Numbered from the stretch's first letter, positions 27,518 to 37,225 are shown. The stretch is 64,000 bases of DNA from an uncultured virus (IMG/VR IMGVR_UViG_3300042569_001770) (IMGVR_UViG_3300042569_001770); one strand, 5' to 3'. Notes: generated by a model not told the origin, from the sequence alone. Numbers and translations: made by a program.

Positions 27518-28156
27518 ATGTGCGCAATATCAGGAGCTCCTACGTTAGAAAAAGCCTTTAACCTATATCAAAGTGGATTGGAGAGAGGGCATTACAGTTC
27601 AGGTCTTTTAATTGTCACAAAAAAATCTCCATATATTTTAAAACAAAAAGATCCATTCAATTTAAAAGAATTAAAAAAATATACAAGATCTTATAAAGAA
27701 GATATTATATATTGCGCATTTCATTCAAGGGCCCCCACCAATACAATAGAAGAAAAATGGGATCACGAAACAACACATCCCTTTAATTTTTGTTCATATT
27801 ATGTAGCACATAATGGAATAATAAATAATTTTAAACAATTCTCAGAAAATTCAGAATTTTTAGTTGATAGTTCTATCATCCCGTATCATTTAACTCACAA
27901 CAACGGAGACATCCCCAAAACATATTCAAAATATACAGGCCTATTAACTAGCTGGATTTTTGAATCATCGGAAAATAAATTTAATTTGATCAAAGCTGGT
28001 TCATCGCTACATATGGATAAAAATTCATTTTCATCTGTTTCCTTTTTAGGTTCAACTCAAATTGACAGAGATGGTGTCATTTTTGAATTAACATCAGATA
28101 AAATTTTACAAGAAATTTCACATTTTAATTACAACAATCCGTATTTTTTATTATGA
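27518..28156 (+). CDS. class II (Ntn) glutamine amidotransferase domain protein
   Basis: N-terminal M-C-A-I, plus HSRAPT, HPF, VAHNGII and VDS. Confidence 0.85.
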   Translation: MCAISGAPTLEKAFNLYQSGLERGHYSSGLLIVTKKSPYILKQKDPFNLKELKKYTRSYKEDIIYCAFHSRAPTNTIEEKWDHETTHPFNFCSYYVAHNGIINNFKQFSENSEFLVDSSIIPYHLTHNNGDIPKTYSKYTGLLTSWIFESSENKFNLIKAGSSLHMDKNSFSSVSFLGSTQIDRDGVIFELTSDKILQEISHFNYNNPYFLL

Positions 28157-28830
28157 AAAAAGTAGTATTAATAACTTGCACCCGAATTAAAAACATGGAA
28201 GATTTTAAAAATCGACCCATTTTTAAATCTATAGAAAAATTAACCAATTTATATAGTTTAAAAGAATTTGATTTTAAAATTTGTTCAGATAATAAAACTG
28301 GTCTATCTGAAGTATATAATTCTTTTATCAACAACAAAGAACATGTTAATGATATTTTGTTGTTTGTGCATGATGACGTTACCATAAAAGATTTATTTTT
28401 AGTTGAAACGCTTAATGAATCTCCTTTTACAGTAACTGGATTAGCTGGTACTAAAACAGCTAATTTAAGTGCTCCGCCAGCATGGCATTTAATGTCTGAT
28501 AGGTTGGATTATGTAGGGGAAGTAATGCATACAAAAGAAGATACTACATGGACTACAGTTTTTGGTCCTACAAAAACTAGAACTTTACTAATTGACGGAC
28601 TTTTTATATCAATTAATGTTGAAAAAATTATAAACACCCAAGCAAGATTTAATGAAAAATTTAAATTTCATCATTATGATTTAGCTTTATGTTTGGAATG
28701 TAACAAACATAAAGTTCGAGTAGGCGTTATGCCAATTTCTGTTGAGCATTATGGTATGGGTGACAGTATGCATAGTGAAGATTGGAACAACAGTGCAATT
28801 GAATTTAAAAAAGAATATTATAATTCTTGA
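28153..28830 (+). CDS. GT2-like glycosyltransferase (Glyco_tranf_2_5 type)
   Basis: Motifs GLSEVYN, LFVHDDV, GLAG, IDGLFIS and FHHYD. Confidence 0.8.
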   Translation: MKKVVLITCTRIKNMEDFKNRPIFKSIEKLTNLYSLKEFDFKICSDNKTGLSEVYNSFINNKEHVNDILLFVHDDVTIKDLFLVETLNESPFTVTGLAGTKTANLSAPPAWHLMSDRLDYVGEVMHTKEDTTWTTVFGPTKTRTLLIDGLFISINVEKIINTQARFNEKFKFHHYDLALCLECNKHKVRVGVMPISVEHYGMGDSMHSEDWNNSAIEFKKEYYNS

Positions 28831-28860
28831 TTAATATTAAAATCGTAATAAACTTTATAT

Positions 28861-29436
28861 ATGGTATATACAAAAAACAAAATCAATTATGATGGATCAT
28901 TAATTCACAATCGTTTTGGTTATGAATTTTATAGAGACAATTATAAACCCAATGGTGTAGTAGTTATTTCTAGAGGCAATATGGATGTTACAACTAATTT
29001 AATTGATCTTGAAGACAAATTAAATAATGATTACATTTATTCAGATGATGCTATTAATGTATGTTGGGAGATTCCTAATGTGTGTAGTATGGGATCTGTA
29101 TTTTTTCAAAGACTTTTTATTAATTATGTAGCACAAGAAATTCAAAAGATGTGTAAATTTTTTGATATTGAAGTACGTGGTGATGATATTATGATTAAAC
29201 GAGACCAGGGTGATACATTTAAGAAAGCAAGTGTCAGTATTACTAAAGTTATTGATGGAAATGTAGCCATTGGTCATCTAGGATTAAATATTTCAGCAGG
29301 TGATAAAGCACCCAGTTTTGCATTCTCTTTAGGCCTTAATGATGAAAATGTTAATGCACTTTGTAATAGGATAAATGACATTTATTACGACACACTTCAA
29401 GATGTGTTTATTGCCACTACTAAAGTGGTAATATGA
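28861..29436 (+). CDS. DUF366-like protein (biotin/lipoate-ligase-like fold)
   Basis: Motifs YDGS, LIDLED, FQRLF, GDDIM, KASVSI and HLGLNI. Own promoter-like TTGATT-N16-TAAACT at 28827..28854. Confidence 0.72.
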   Translation: MVYTKNKINYDGSLIHNRFGYEFYRDNYKPNGVVVISRGNMDVTTNLIDLEDKLNNDYIYSDDAINVCWEIPNVCSMGSVFFQRLFINYVAQEIQKMCKFFDIEVRGDDIMIKRDQGDTFKKASVSITKVIDGNVAIGHLGLNISAGDKAPSFAFSLGLNDENVNALCNRINDIYYDTLQDVFIATTKVVI

Positions 29437-29828
29437 AAAAGAATAATAACATAGATGGATTATTTCCATTAATTAATTGGGTACTTAAAAAGAGTCAATT
29501 AATTAATGAAGATTTAAGTTTTCCTTCTTCTTATTTATTGAACCGATGGTTGAGTATGTCAGACAAAAATTCAGCCATTATTATCAATAATACATTTAAC
29601 ACTTGGAATAATAAAAATGTATTATTTAATAATACATTTGAAATGTCTAAATTTTTAAGAATAGTTTTACCAACCATTAAAAATAAATTTTCTTATATTA
29701 AAAAAACTACGTCAATTAAAAATGAAAATGATGATGTAAAATTTGAAAGCATAGCCAGAGAATGTTCTCAGAGAGAAATAAAATATAACAAATCATTACT
29801 TGACCTATTACAAACACTTAATAAATAA
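29433..29828 (+). CDS. gp62-like clamp loader small subunit
   Basis: YLLNRWLSM...N, followed by KFSYIKK and CSQRE. Confidence 0.55.
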   Translation: MKKNNNIDGLFPLINWVLKKSQLINEDLSFPSSYLLNRWLSMSDKNSAIIINNTFNTWNNKNVLFNNTFEMSKFLRIVLPTIKNKFSYIKKTTSIKNENDDVKFESIARECSQREIKYNKSLLDLLQTLNK

Positions 29829-29833
29829 AACAT

Positions 29834-30217
29834 ATGATACAAAGACCCGAAGCAGAAGATAAAATTGGTGGTAAAGTACAATTAGACCATTATCAAGGAC
29901 AATCCCTTGAATTGGATGATTGGAAATTGGATAAAGTTTTAGATGACATTTTAATGTGTCAATATGCAGACATCAATGATGACGGTACGGAAGTTAAAAG
30001 AGGCAGTATTTGGGTGCCTATCAATGTGGTTAATCATGCTTGGAGAATAGGTAAAGTTCTTTTGGCTGGCCCACAATGCAAGACAGTTAAAGAAGGTGAC
30101 TATGTAGTTTTTCCTAATGACAAAGGTATTCAAGTTGCTAATTTAAATGATTTAAAACATATAGTATTTTTAAATGAAGGTAGAATTTTTGGAGTATGTT
30201 CTCCTAATAAAAAGTGA
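29834..30217 (+). CDS. GroES/gp31-like co-chaperonin
   Basis: GKVLLAGPQCKTVKEGDYVVFP and FLNEGRIFG. Confidence 0.8.
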   Translation: MIQRPEAEDKIGGKVQLDHYQGQSLELDDWKLDKVLDDILMCQYADINDDGTEVKRGSIWVPINVVNHAWRIGKVLLAGPQCKTVKEGDYVVFPNDKGIQVANLNDLKHIVFLNEGRIFGVCSPNKK

Positions 30218-30597
30218 AACTATCTTTAAATGGTTTAAAACAATTATGTGCAACCAATGTGGTTGAATTAAGATTTAATAGAAGAAGACCACAAGGATAT
30301 AATTTTCCACACCGTAGAATGATTTGTACTATAGATCCAGCTATTTTAGATTCTCAATTGGGAATAGAAATTTTAAATTTTAAAAGACCATTTACTAATG
30401 CATCTTATAATGCGGCTTCAAAAAATTTATTGACGGTGTGGGATATTATTATGCAAGACTGGCGCAATATACCTGTAGAAAGTGTAGATGTTGTTGCAAC
30501 AGTGCCAACCAAGCCACCAGAGAAATTCTGGGAATATTTTAATAAAGTCATTGTAAAAATGACAGCAAGACAGAAAGCAAATTTTATCAACAAATGA
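30214..30597 (+). CDS. SH3-barrel/WYL-like (DUF2693-type) protein
   Basis: VVELRF.R...RRMICT...LTVWDIIMQDWRNI. Confidence 0.6.
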   Translation: MKLSLNGLKQLCATNVVELRFNRRRPQGYNFPHRRMICTIDPAILDSQLGIEILNFKRPFTNASYNAASKNLLTVWDIIMQDWRNIPVESVDVVATVPTKPPEKFWEYFNKVIVKMTARQKANFINK

Positions 30598-30950
30598 CTA
30601 TTACTTCAACAAAATTAGAAGATGCCTGTAAATTTTTATTACAAAAAACTGTGTGTTTTGAAATAAAAAATAAAACAATAAAACACGGTAGAATAGATCT
30701 ATTTGCTCAAAGAAATTTTTATTTAATTTTTCATTTGACCTCAAATAAAAAAAACAGAGAAAAAATAGAAGTCCCTATTCCATATAATATAGAAATACAT
30801 GAAGATGATAATTTAGTGTATTTTGATTATCGTATTAAAACGTTATCCAAATACACACCAGATGTAGAACCGTTGTTGAAATTATATGCTAAAAGTAATG
30901 CAAACAATAAATTTTGGGATACTATTTTAACCATTAACGGAAATGAATAA
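30594..30950 (+). CDS. hypothetical protein
   Basis: 118-aa ORF, translationally coupled to its neighbours. Confidence 0.6.
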   Translation: MTITSTKLEDACKFLLQKTVCFEIKNKTIKHGRIDLFAQRNFYLIFHLTSNKKNREKIEVPIPYNIEIHEDDNLVYFDYRIKTLSKYTPDVEPLLKLYAKSNANNKFWDTILTINGNE

Positions 30951-31203
30951 TACTATATTTTGCTTTAGTGCTTTTTCTGGCAAATACTATGAAATGTTGA
31001 GAGAAGATGTACGTTTATTAGAAGACGGACATTTGCCTTTAAATAAAAAACCAGATAATAATTGTAAAAAGTGTTATGGTAGAGGGCATAAAGGATTAAA
31101 TTCCCAAAATTTTACATATGAGTTATGTTCTTGCGTGCATAAACGCATAGATTTTGATATATTAAAAGAAATTAATAATGTCAAAACACAATCTAATCAG
31201 TAA
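30943..31203 (+). CDS. small zinc-finger protein
   Basis: CKKCYGRG...LCSC. Confidence 0.6.
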   Translation: MNNTIFCFSAFSGKYYEMLREDVRLLEDGHLPLNKKPDNNCKKCYGRGHKGLNSQNFTYELCSCVHKRIDFDILKEINNVKTQSNQ

Positions 31204-32833
31204 TTTTCCTCAAGGATTTGATCCGCGTCCAGCCCAAATAGAAGTTTTAACAAAAATAGAACACATTTGGGCTTCTAATAAAAAATTTATTATAGCCTGT
31301 CTGCCTACAGGCATAGGCAAAAGTCATATTGCTTATAGTATAGCTAATAGTTCAACAGATATAGATTCAGAACGCAAGCACGATATTTTGGATTATGAAA
31401 TATACAAAAAAAATCGTAATGGAGAATTTGTATATGACACCAAACACGAGGGTAAAAATAGATACGGATCATTTATTTTTACTATTACAAGAAGTCTACA
31501 AGACCAATATCAAGAAATATTCAAAGATATAACATCAGTTAAAGGCAAGAATAACTACAAATGTCAGATTGACACCAATCAAACTGTAGATTTTGCACCG
31601 TGTTTATACTCAAAGGGATTGAAGGAGAGTTGTTTTGCTAAAGCAATTTGCCCATATTATGAAACGCGCAACAAGGGTTTGTCTTCTAAGTTTTCCATAT
31701 TTAATTATCGGTCATTTTTTAATTTAAGAAACCATCTCCAAGAAAGAGAAATTTATATATGTGATGAAGCAGATGGTATAGAAGAAGAATTAGTATCACA
31801 ATTTACTTTAGAAATAAGTTATAATTTTTTGGCATCAGAGAATATAAAATTTGACAAAATAATCTCAGATAACAGTAGAGATGCGTATAATTGGCTGGTT
31901 GATGTTTACGGGCAAATTAAAACCAATTTAGATGAAGTTAAACAAAAAGCTTCTTTATTGTCACAAAAAAAAGGATTTGATTCTTTACACCACAAACAAC
32001 TTCAACAAATTAGTAAATTGACACGTATGTATAATTTAATGTCAGAAGCTATTGAATATTGGGACACGTGTCAATATTTGGTAGAAGATAAAAAGGCAGA
32101 AAAAGTTGTGTTTGTACCATATGACATTAAACCATTGGCACAAAATATATTTAAAAGAGCAGATAAAGTATTATTGATGTCGGCCACACTCAGTAATCAC
32201 GAAGAATATGCTAAAAGTTTAGGTATTAAACGAGAAGAGTATGAATATTTTGAAGTAGATTCACCGTTCGACTCAGATAAGTCACCTATTTATTGCACCA
32301 CTAAGTTTAATTTATCCTATAATAATAGTAATGACTTGCACAAAATCGTAGAAGCATCCATTGAATTGTGTAATAAACACAAAAATGAAAAAGGTATTAT
32401 TCATACACACACCAACGTTATTACCGACGCTTTCAAGAAAAAAATAGGCAGTAATCCTAGATTTTTATTTAGACAAGTTGGTATATCTAATGAAGATATT
32501 CTAGAAGAACATAAAAATTCTCCCCATCCTACAGTTTTGATAAGTCCGTCACTTGATACTGGTATTAGTTTAGATGGTGATTTGGGCAGATTTCAAATTA
32601 TAACCAAGGCACCTTATTTACCACTAGGGTCAAAAAGAATTAAAAAGAAATTCGACAATAATCCTCAACATTATAAAATGAAAATGTTGAATAATCTTGT
32701 CCAAATGGCTGGGAGATGTACTAGATCATCTAAAGATTATTCAATAACTTATATACTAGATGGTGTCGCTACTAAATCGATTACATCAAATAAAGACAAA
32801 TTACCTAAACACTTTGTAAAGCGCATACAATAA
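31178..32833 (+). CDS. DinG/XPD-like SF2 helicase
   Basis: Motifs PRPAQ, LPTGIGKS, KGKNNYKC, CPYY, DEAD, MSATL and QMAGRCTRS. Confidence 0.88.
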   Translation: MSKHNLISNFPQGFDPRPAQIEVLTKIEHIWASNKKFIIACLPTGIGKSHIAYSIANSSTDIDSERKHDILDYEIYKKNRNGEFVYDTKHEGKNRYGSFIFTITRSLQDQYQEIFKDITSVKGKNNYKCQIDTNQTVDFAPCLYSKGLKESCFAKAICPYYETRNKGLSSKFSIFNYRSFFNLRNHLQEREIYICDEADGIEEELVSQFTLEISYNFLASENIKFDKIISDNSRDAYNWLVDVYGQIKTNLDEVKQKASLLSQKKGFDSLHHKQLQQISKLTRMYNLMSEAIEYWDTCQYLVEDKKAEKVVFVPYDIKPLAQNIFKRADKVLLMSATLSNHEEYAKSLGIKREEYEYFEVDSPFDSDKSPIYCTTKFNLSYNNSNDLHKIVEASIELCNKHKNEKGIIHTHTNVITDAFKKKIGSNPRFLFRQVGISNEDILEEHKNSPHPTVLISPSLDTGISLDGDLGRFQIITKAPYLPLGSKRIKKKFDNNPQHYKMKMLNNLVQMAGRCTRSSKDYSITYILDGVATKSITSNKDKLPKHFVKRIQ

Positions 32834-32841
32834 GTATAATA

Positions 32842-34011
32842 GTGAAAAACTGGACATACAATAGAGAAATTGAAACGTTACTCGAACAATTTACCTCAGC
32901 TTTTAATGACATTATCATTAAAAGAGACAAACAAAATAGTTCAACAGACATCATTAAAGCAAATTTTGTTTATGCACCTAAACAAAGAGTTTTTGAGGTT
33001 TTAAAAAATCCAGCTCCAGGCGGTATAACACTACCGGCAGTGTCCATTAATATATCATCTATACAAAGAGATCCTTCTAGAACATTCAATAAAGCTTGGG
33101 GTTTCAACATAGAAACATTAACACCCAAAACTTCAGCAACTACTGATTATATCAAAAGAATTAAAAATCCAGTTCCTATTAATATTGGCGTTAACATGAC
33201 TATAATAACCAAATATCAATCGGATATGGATCAAATCATTTCAAATTTTGTGCCTTATTGTGATCCCTATATTATTATTTCATGGAAACTTCCAGTTTCC
33301 CAAGGAAAAGAATATGAAATAAGAACAGAAATTTTGTGGTCCGGGTCTATAAATTTGAATTATCCCACAGAATTGAATGGCAATCAATCTTATCGAGTTA
33401 CCGCAGATACTTCCTTTACTATAAAAGGTTGGTTATTTAAAAGTAAAGATCTAAATGAAAATTACAAAAAAATATATGTAATCAATTCAGATTTTGTAGC
33501 AGTCGGAGAAGAGGATATATATTCTTGTAAACTTATTACAGATTTAGAAAATTATGAAACTGATTTTGTTTCCATTTCCGCAAGGCCACAACCTCGTTGG
33601 GCTAACCCGTTAAACTTGCCTATAATTTTTACTCAAAACCCAGACAAAAGGCCAATAATAGAAGTATATGGTAAACATTTTCTTCAAACCAGGGCAGTGT
33701 ATATTAGTGCCTCCGATAATTCCGCCTTTGCGGTACTTGTTTCTGCTTTTGATCCGTTTAAGTATGATTTGTCATTAAAATACAAATATCCCGCTCTCAG
33801 TGGATATCCTATAACAAATTTTACAGTTTATACAGACAATTTCATAGCATTTGAATTGCCATATTCTATATATGACAATTGTAAAATAGATATAATATTA
33901 GAAAATGAAGCTGGGTACGGATCCGTTATCAAAGATACTAACAATATAATGAGGAATTTGAGTGGAGGCGAATATACTCCACCTATATGTGAAGGTTTGT
34001 CATTTACCTGA
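32842..34011 (+). CDS. gp15: T4 gp15-like tail terminator/sheath stabiliser with a C-terminal extension
   Basis: YAPKQR, LPAVS, PVPINIGVNMTIITKYQSDMDQIISNFVPY and FTIKGWLF; TAAGTA at 32831. Confidence 0.82.
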   Translation: MKNWTYNREIETLLEQFTSAFNDIIIKRDKQNSSTDIIKANFVYAPKQRVFEVLKNPAPGGITLPAVSINISSIQRDPSRTFNKAWGFNIETLTPKTSATTDYIKRIKNPVPINIGVNMTIITKYQSDMDQIISNFVPYCDPYIIISWKLPVSQGKEYEIRTEILWSGSINLNYPTELNGNQSYRVTADTSFTIKGWLFKSKDLNENYKKIYVINSDFVAVGEEDIYSCKLITDLENYETDFVSISARPQPRWANPLNLPIIFTQNPDKRPIIEVYGKHFLQTRAVYISASDNSAFAVLVSAFDPFKYDLSLKYKYPALSGYPITNFTVYTDNFIAFELPYSIYDNCKIDIILENEAGYGSVIKDTNNIMRNLSGGEYTPPICEGLSFT

Positions 34012-34468
34012 TCATACCAAGTAAATACTTGGCTTTATTGCAAGAAGATAATATTTCTTCCCTGGTATTATTAATACCATTAGAAGAAGAATCTGTAAAT
34101 GTTTTTAAATCTTGACAATTTAAAATATCCAAAACTGTATTTATAATTTTTACAACTTCTTCCGTTTTTGTTTCTGGTGAACCTTTATATAATTGTAAAT
34201 CAGACACATTTATATCTGGAGTTGGGACTACAAACCCGTTACAACCGCACTTGGTTATTCCTATTACTTCTTCAAGCAATTTATCAAAAGATTTTCTCAA
34301 ATCATTGTATAGATCTCCTACTATTTGATGTACATTAAAATCATCCGCATACCAATGACAAAGTTGTAAACTAGATAAAACAGAAGTTAAAAAAATTGCA
34401 AAAGATTTAGAACCATCTAAATTATAACTTAAAGAGGTGTTAGTAATTTCTATAGTTGTAACATTCAT
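34004..34468 (-). CDS. ferritin/Dps-like protein (DUF5856-like)
   Basis: HW...H..VGDLY......D.LLEE.IG ferroxidase-like pattern. Confidence 0.65.
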   Translation of the reverse strand: MNVTTIEITNTSLSYNLDGSKSFAIFLTSVLSSLQLCHWYADDFNVHQIVGDLYNDLRKSFDKLLEEVIGITKCGCNGFVVPTPDINVSDLQLYKGSPETKTEEVVKIINTVLDILNCQDLKTFTDSSSNGINNTREEILSSCNKAKYLLGMIR

Positions 34469-34935
34469 AATCTTTTAAATATAATATTTCTTATAATAAA
34501 ATTTCCAATACCAGTATCACTTTTACCTACAACTATATAATCTGGCATTTTTTCTAATTCAACTTGAACCGGAATAGGGTCCTTGTGTTTATTTACAAAA
34601 TGGTAATGAATGTCTGAATAATTCATTGGTGTAATTTTACCGTCTGAAGTATTTAATTGCCACTGCAAATTCATTTTTGAAAATTCTTCGTCCAAACTTT
34701 CCAATCTTTCGTCAAATGTTTTGAAAGACAATTTCCAAATTTTTATAGGAAATAATATGTTTAAAGCTTGTCTTCGTGATTGGCAAGCAGAACACATTTT
34801 TTTATTTTTTGTTAAAAATGTGGTTATGGGTTGAATATATTTTGAATGTAATGTACAAGCTATAATATCCCCTAAACCTTCTGCGTATTTATATCTTAAA
34901 AGAGGATCTGAGTTCATTTTGGTACTTGTGGCCAT
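34465..34935 (-). CDS. hypothetical protein with a GLGD...CxxC..RR..LN motif
   Basis: EGLGDIIA and CSACQSRRQALN. Confidence 0.6.
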   Translation of the reverse strand: MATSTKMNSDPLLRYKYAEGLGDIIACTLHSKYIQPITTFLTKNKKMCSACQSRRQALNILFPIKIWKLSFKTFDERLESLDEEFSKMNLQWQLNTSDGKITPMNYSDIHYHFVNKHKDPIPVQVELEKMPDYIVVGKSDTGIGNFIIRNIIFKRL

Positions 34936-35135
34936 TCAACATCACGTGGCGATCTAAAACTTGCAGGAACATTCCTAAGATTTTTACGATATTCCTTCCA
35001 CTGTTCTTTTTTTTCCTCAGATAGTTCTGTATCTGACATTTGCGTCCAATCACAGCTTTTTAGTAATTGATCTCTAATTTCTCTAATTACATTCCAATTT
35101 ACATTCATAAAAATTAAGTTGTTTCGGTTATCCAA
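34914..35135 (-). CDS. tail fibre assembly chaperone-like protein
   Basis: IREIRDQLLKSCDWTQ..D...W..YR..LRNVP...WP. Confidence 0.85.
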   Translation of the reverse strand: MDNRNNLIFMNVNWNVIREIRDQLLKSCDWTQMSDTELSEEKKEQWKEYRKNLRNVPASFRSPRDVEWPQVPK

Positions 35136-35722
35136 ATATCTGCAGATATATCCGCAGATACGTCTACATCTTCCAAATCCGAAGTAAAAACAACCTCTAA
35201 AGAAAAATGTCCAGTCAAAGTTTGCGGATTAAACGGCGGTATAAAAATATGTTGATATGATTTGGGTAAATTTACGTCTTCTACTCCATCTGTACCAGTC
35301 CCGGATGCATAAAAATTTATAGGCAACACACGAGGCCCACCAGTTATAGAAAAAGCATCTAAATTTTTAGGAATCCATTTTAAATCATATAAACATAATA
35401 TATTCTTTAACTCTGCTGCTAGTTGTGAAGGAGCATTTTTATTGCAAGTAATTTGAAATATGCCCATAAAAGCATTAGACAAATTGTTAAAAGATATAAG
35501 AGTATTATTAGAATCTTTTATATGAATAGTAGATATAGATCTGGATACATTTATTTTTTGTAATATTTTATAATAATTGTTTTTTATCATCAAACCGGAC
35601 AAAAGATTATTTTTTATTACAGGCCAGGGTACTATTCCGTCCTGAGTCAATGCATTTTCTCTGTATCCGGCCAAATAATCTGTGTCTAATATTTCTGATC
35701 TAGATGGCAAATTTTCAAACAT
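35114..35722 (-). CDS. hypothetical virion-associated protein
   Basis: 202 aa in the structural module; TAAATA upstream. Confidence 0.55.
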   Translation of the reverse strand: MFENLPSRSEILDTDYLAGYRENALTQDGIVPWPVIKNNLLSGLMIKNNYYKILQKINVSRSISTIHIKDSNNTLISFNNLSNAFMGIFQITCNKNAPSQLAAELKNILCLYDLKWIPKNLDAFSITGGPRVLPINFYASGTGTDGVEDVNLPKSYQHIFIPPFNPQTLTGHFSLEVVFTSDLEDVDVSADISADIWITETT

Positions 35723-35767
35723 AATAGCTATATTATATTTACAGTTTTATTTGAAAAATCTACATAT

Positions 35768-37216
35768 TTACACTCCATTATAAATTGGAGCTCGTGGTTC
35801 TTGTATTTGAACCCTACTATCAGCCGCAACCCCTCGCCTTATAACTTGCCTATTACTTTGACTTACTATTGCAGTATCTGGAAATAAATTAGGTGTATAA
35901 CTTCTTCCTATATTCATACCCATAAATTTCCAAGAAGCGATAGGAATTGTTACTACTTTATGCACACCCCCTACAACAGTCACTATATCTTTCATTTCTA
36001 TATTTTTTATATATTTTACAGTCACTATTTTTTCTATATAAATATTGCCTTTGGTATAATACATATCATATGATGTATTATTACTTGGTGCGGTTTTATA
36101 TACTTCTGATTTTTTTAAAATTTCCACATTTAATTGGGGTACGGACAGGGTACCAGTATCCCAGAAAGAACTGTTCACTGTAGTACTTCCCAAATTTGGC
36201 CCTACATAATTATATAGTAAAAATAAAACATTTATTGTTGTACTGTCTGGATATAAATACGCAGCATACTTTTCATTTAAAAAATTTAAAGCTACGTTGT
36301 GTATTTTATTATTTTCAACGGAATTAAAAGATTGATTATTATTTGTTTGAATTTTTGCTGCAAATGAACTGTCGTTTTCTGGAATAATATTACTTAATTT
36401 TACCACCCGTGGTACAAATTGAGTAACAGGCAAGACTGTACCGTCTCCGACCTCATAATCATCGGATATAAATGTATCATATACAATTAAAGCACTATTT
36501 GATAGATTTGTTTTATCCGGCAATATAGGAGTTCTGTCACTTGATAAAATTATTTTACTATTATAATCCGGTACCAAACTTGTAAATATATTTACATCTG
36601 ATTTAGTTATAACTGAATAATATGGAATATTATATATATCTACCAATCTTCCGTTATAATAAAAATTATTACCCTTACTTACTAAAATATTAAGTATGTT
36701 GCTAGCACTTAAAAAATCCCAAGTAATAAAATTTCCATCATCATCTCTATTTACTATAACCAAACCATTATTGTAAAAATTATTTTTAGCATCACTTACA
36801 TTTTTTATATGAGGCAAATTTTTACTAACCAATGCATTAGCCAAAATATTTTCTTGATTTGCTAAAGAAGTAGATCCAAATAATTCTTCTCCCACCCCAG
36901 CAAACACCAAAGAAGAGGTGAACCCATTTTCCGGGTTAAAAGGATATTGCACTGTAAATTCTAAATTACCCCAATAACTACTTAAAAGATTAACTGTTGT
37001 ATACAAATCCTGCAATTCATTAAAATTTGTTTGTGCCATGAGCCAATCCATTTTATCCATTAAAGAATTTATTTTATAAACGGTCGTAAAATTCTTACCC
37101 GAAGATGCTTCTAAATCAAACAAATCATTATTAAGTTTTAAAAAATTATAATTAATTTTTCCCAAAGCGTCACCTGCATTATCTTGTTCATCTAATTGAA
37201 ATATTGTCTTTTTCAT
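35768..37216 (-). CDS. hypothetical virion protein (paralog family A)
   Basis: N-terminus GDALGKINYNFLKL and a W...V.YP motif shared with the next two genes. Confidence 0.6.
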   Translation of the reverse strand: MKKTIFQLDEQDNAGDALGKINYNFLKLNNDLFDLEASSGKNFTTVYKINSLMDKMDWLMAQTNFNELQDLYTTVNLLSSYWGNLEFTVQYPFNPENGFTSSLVFAGVGEELFGSTSLANQENILANALVSKNLPHIKNVSDAKNNFYNNGLVIVNRDDDGNFITWDFLSASNILNILVSKGNNFYYNGRLVDIYNIPYYSVITKSDVNIFTSLVPDYNSKIILSSDRTPILPDKTNLSNSALIVYDTFISDDYEVGDGTVLPVTQFVPRVVKLSNIIPENDSSFAAKIQTNNNQSFNSVENNKIHNVALNFLNEKYAAYLYPDSTTINVLFLLYNYVGPNLGSTTVNSSFWDTGTLSVPQLNVEILKKSEVYKTAPSNNTSYDMYYTKGNIYIEKIVTVKYIKNIEMKDIVTVVGGVHKVVTIPIASWKFMGMNIGRSYTPNLFPDTAIVSQSNRQVIRRGVAADSRVQIQEPRAPIYNGV

Positions 37217-37225
37217 ATATTAATA

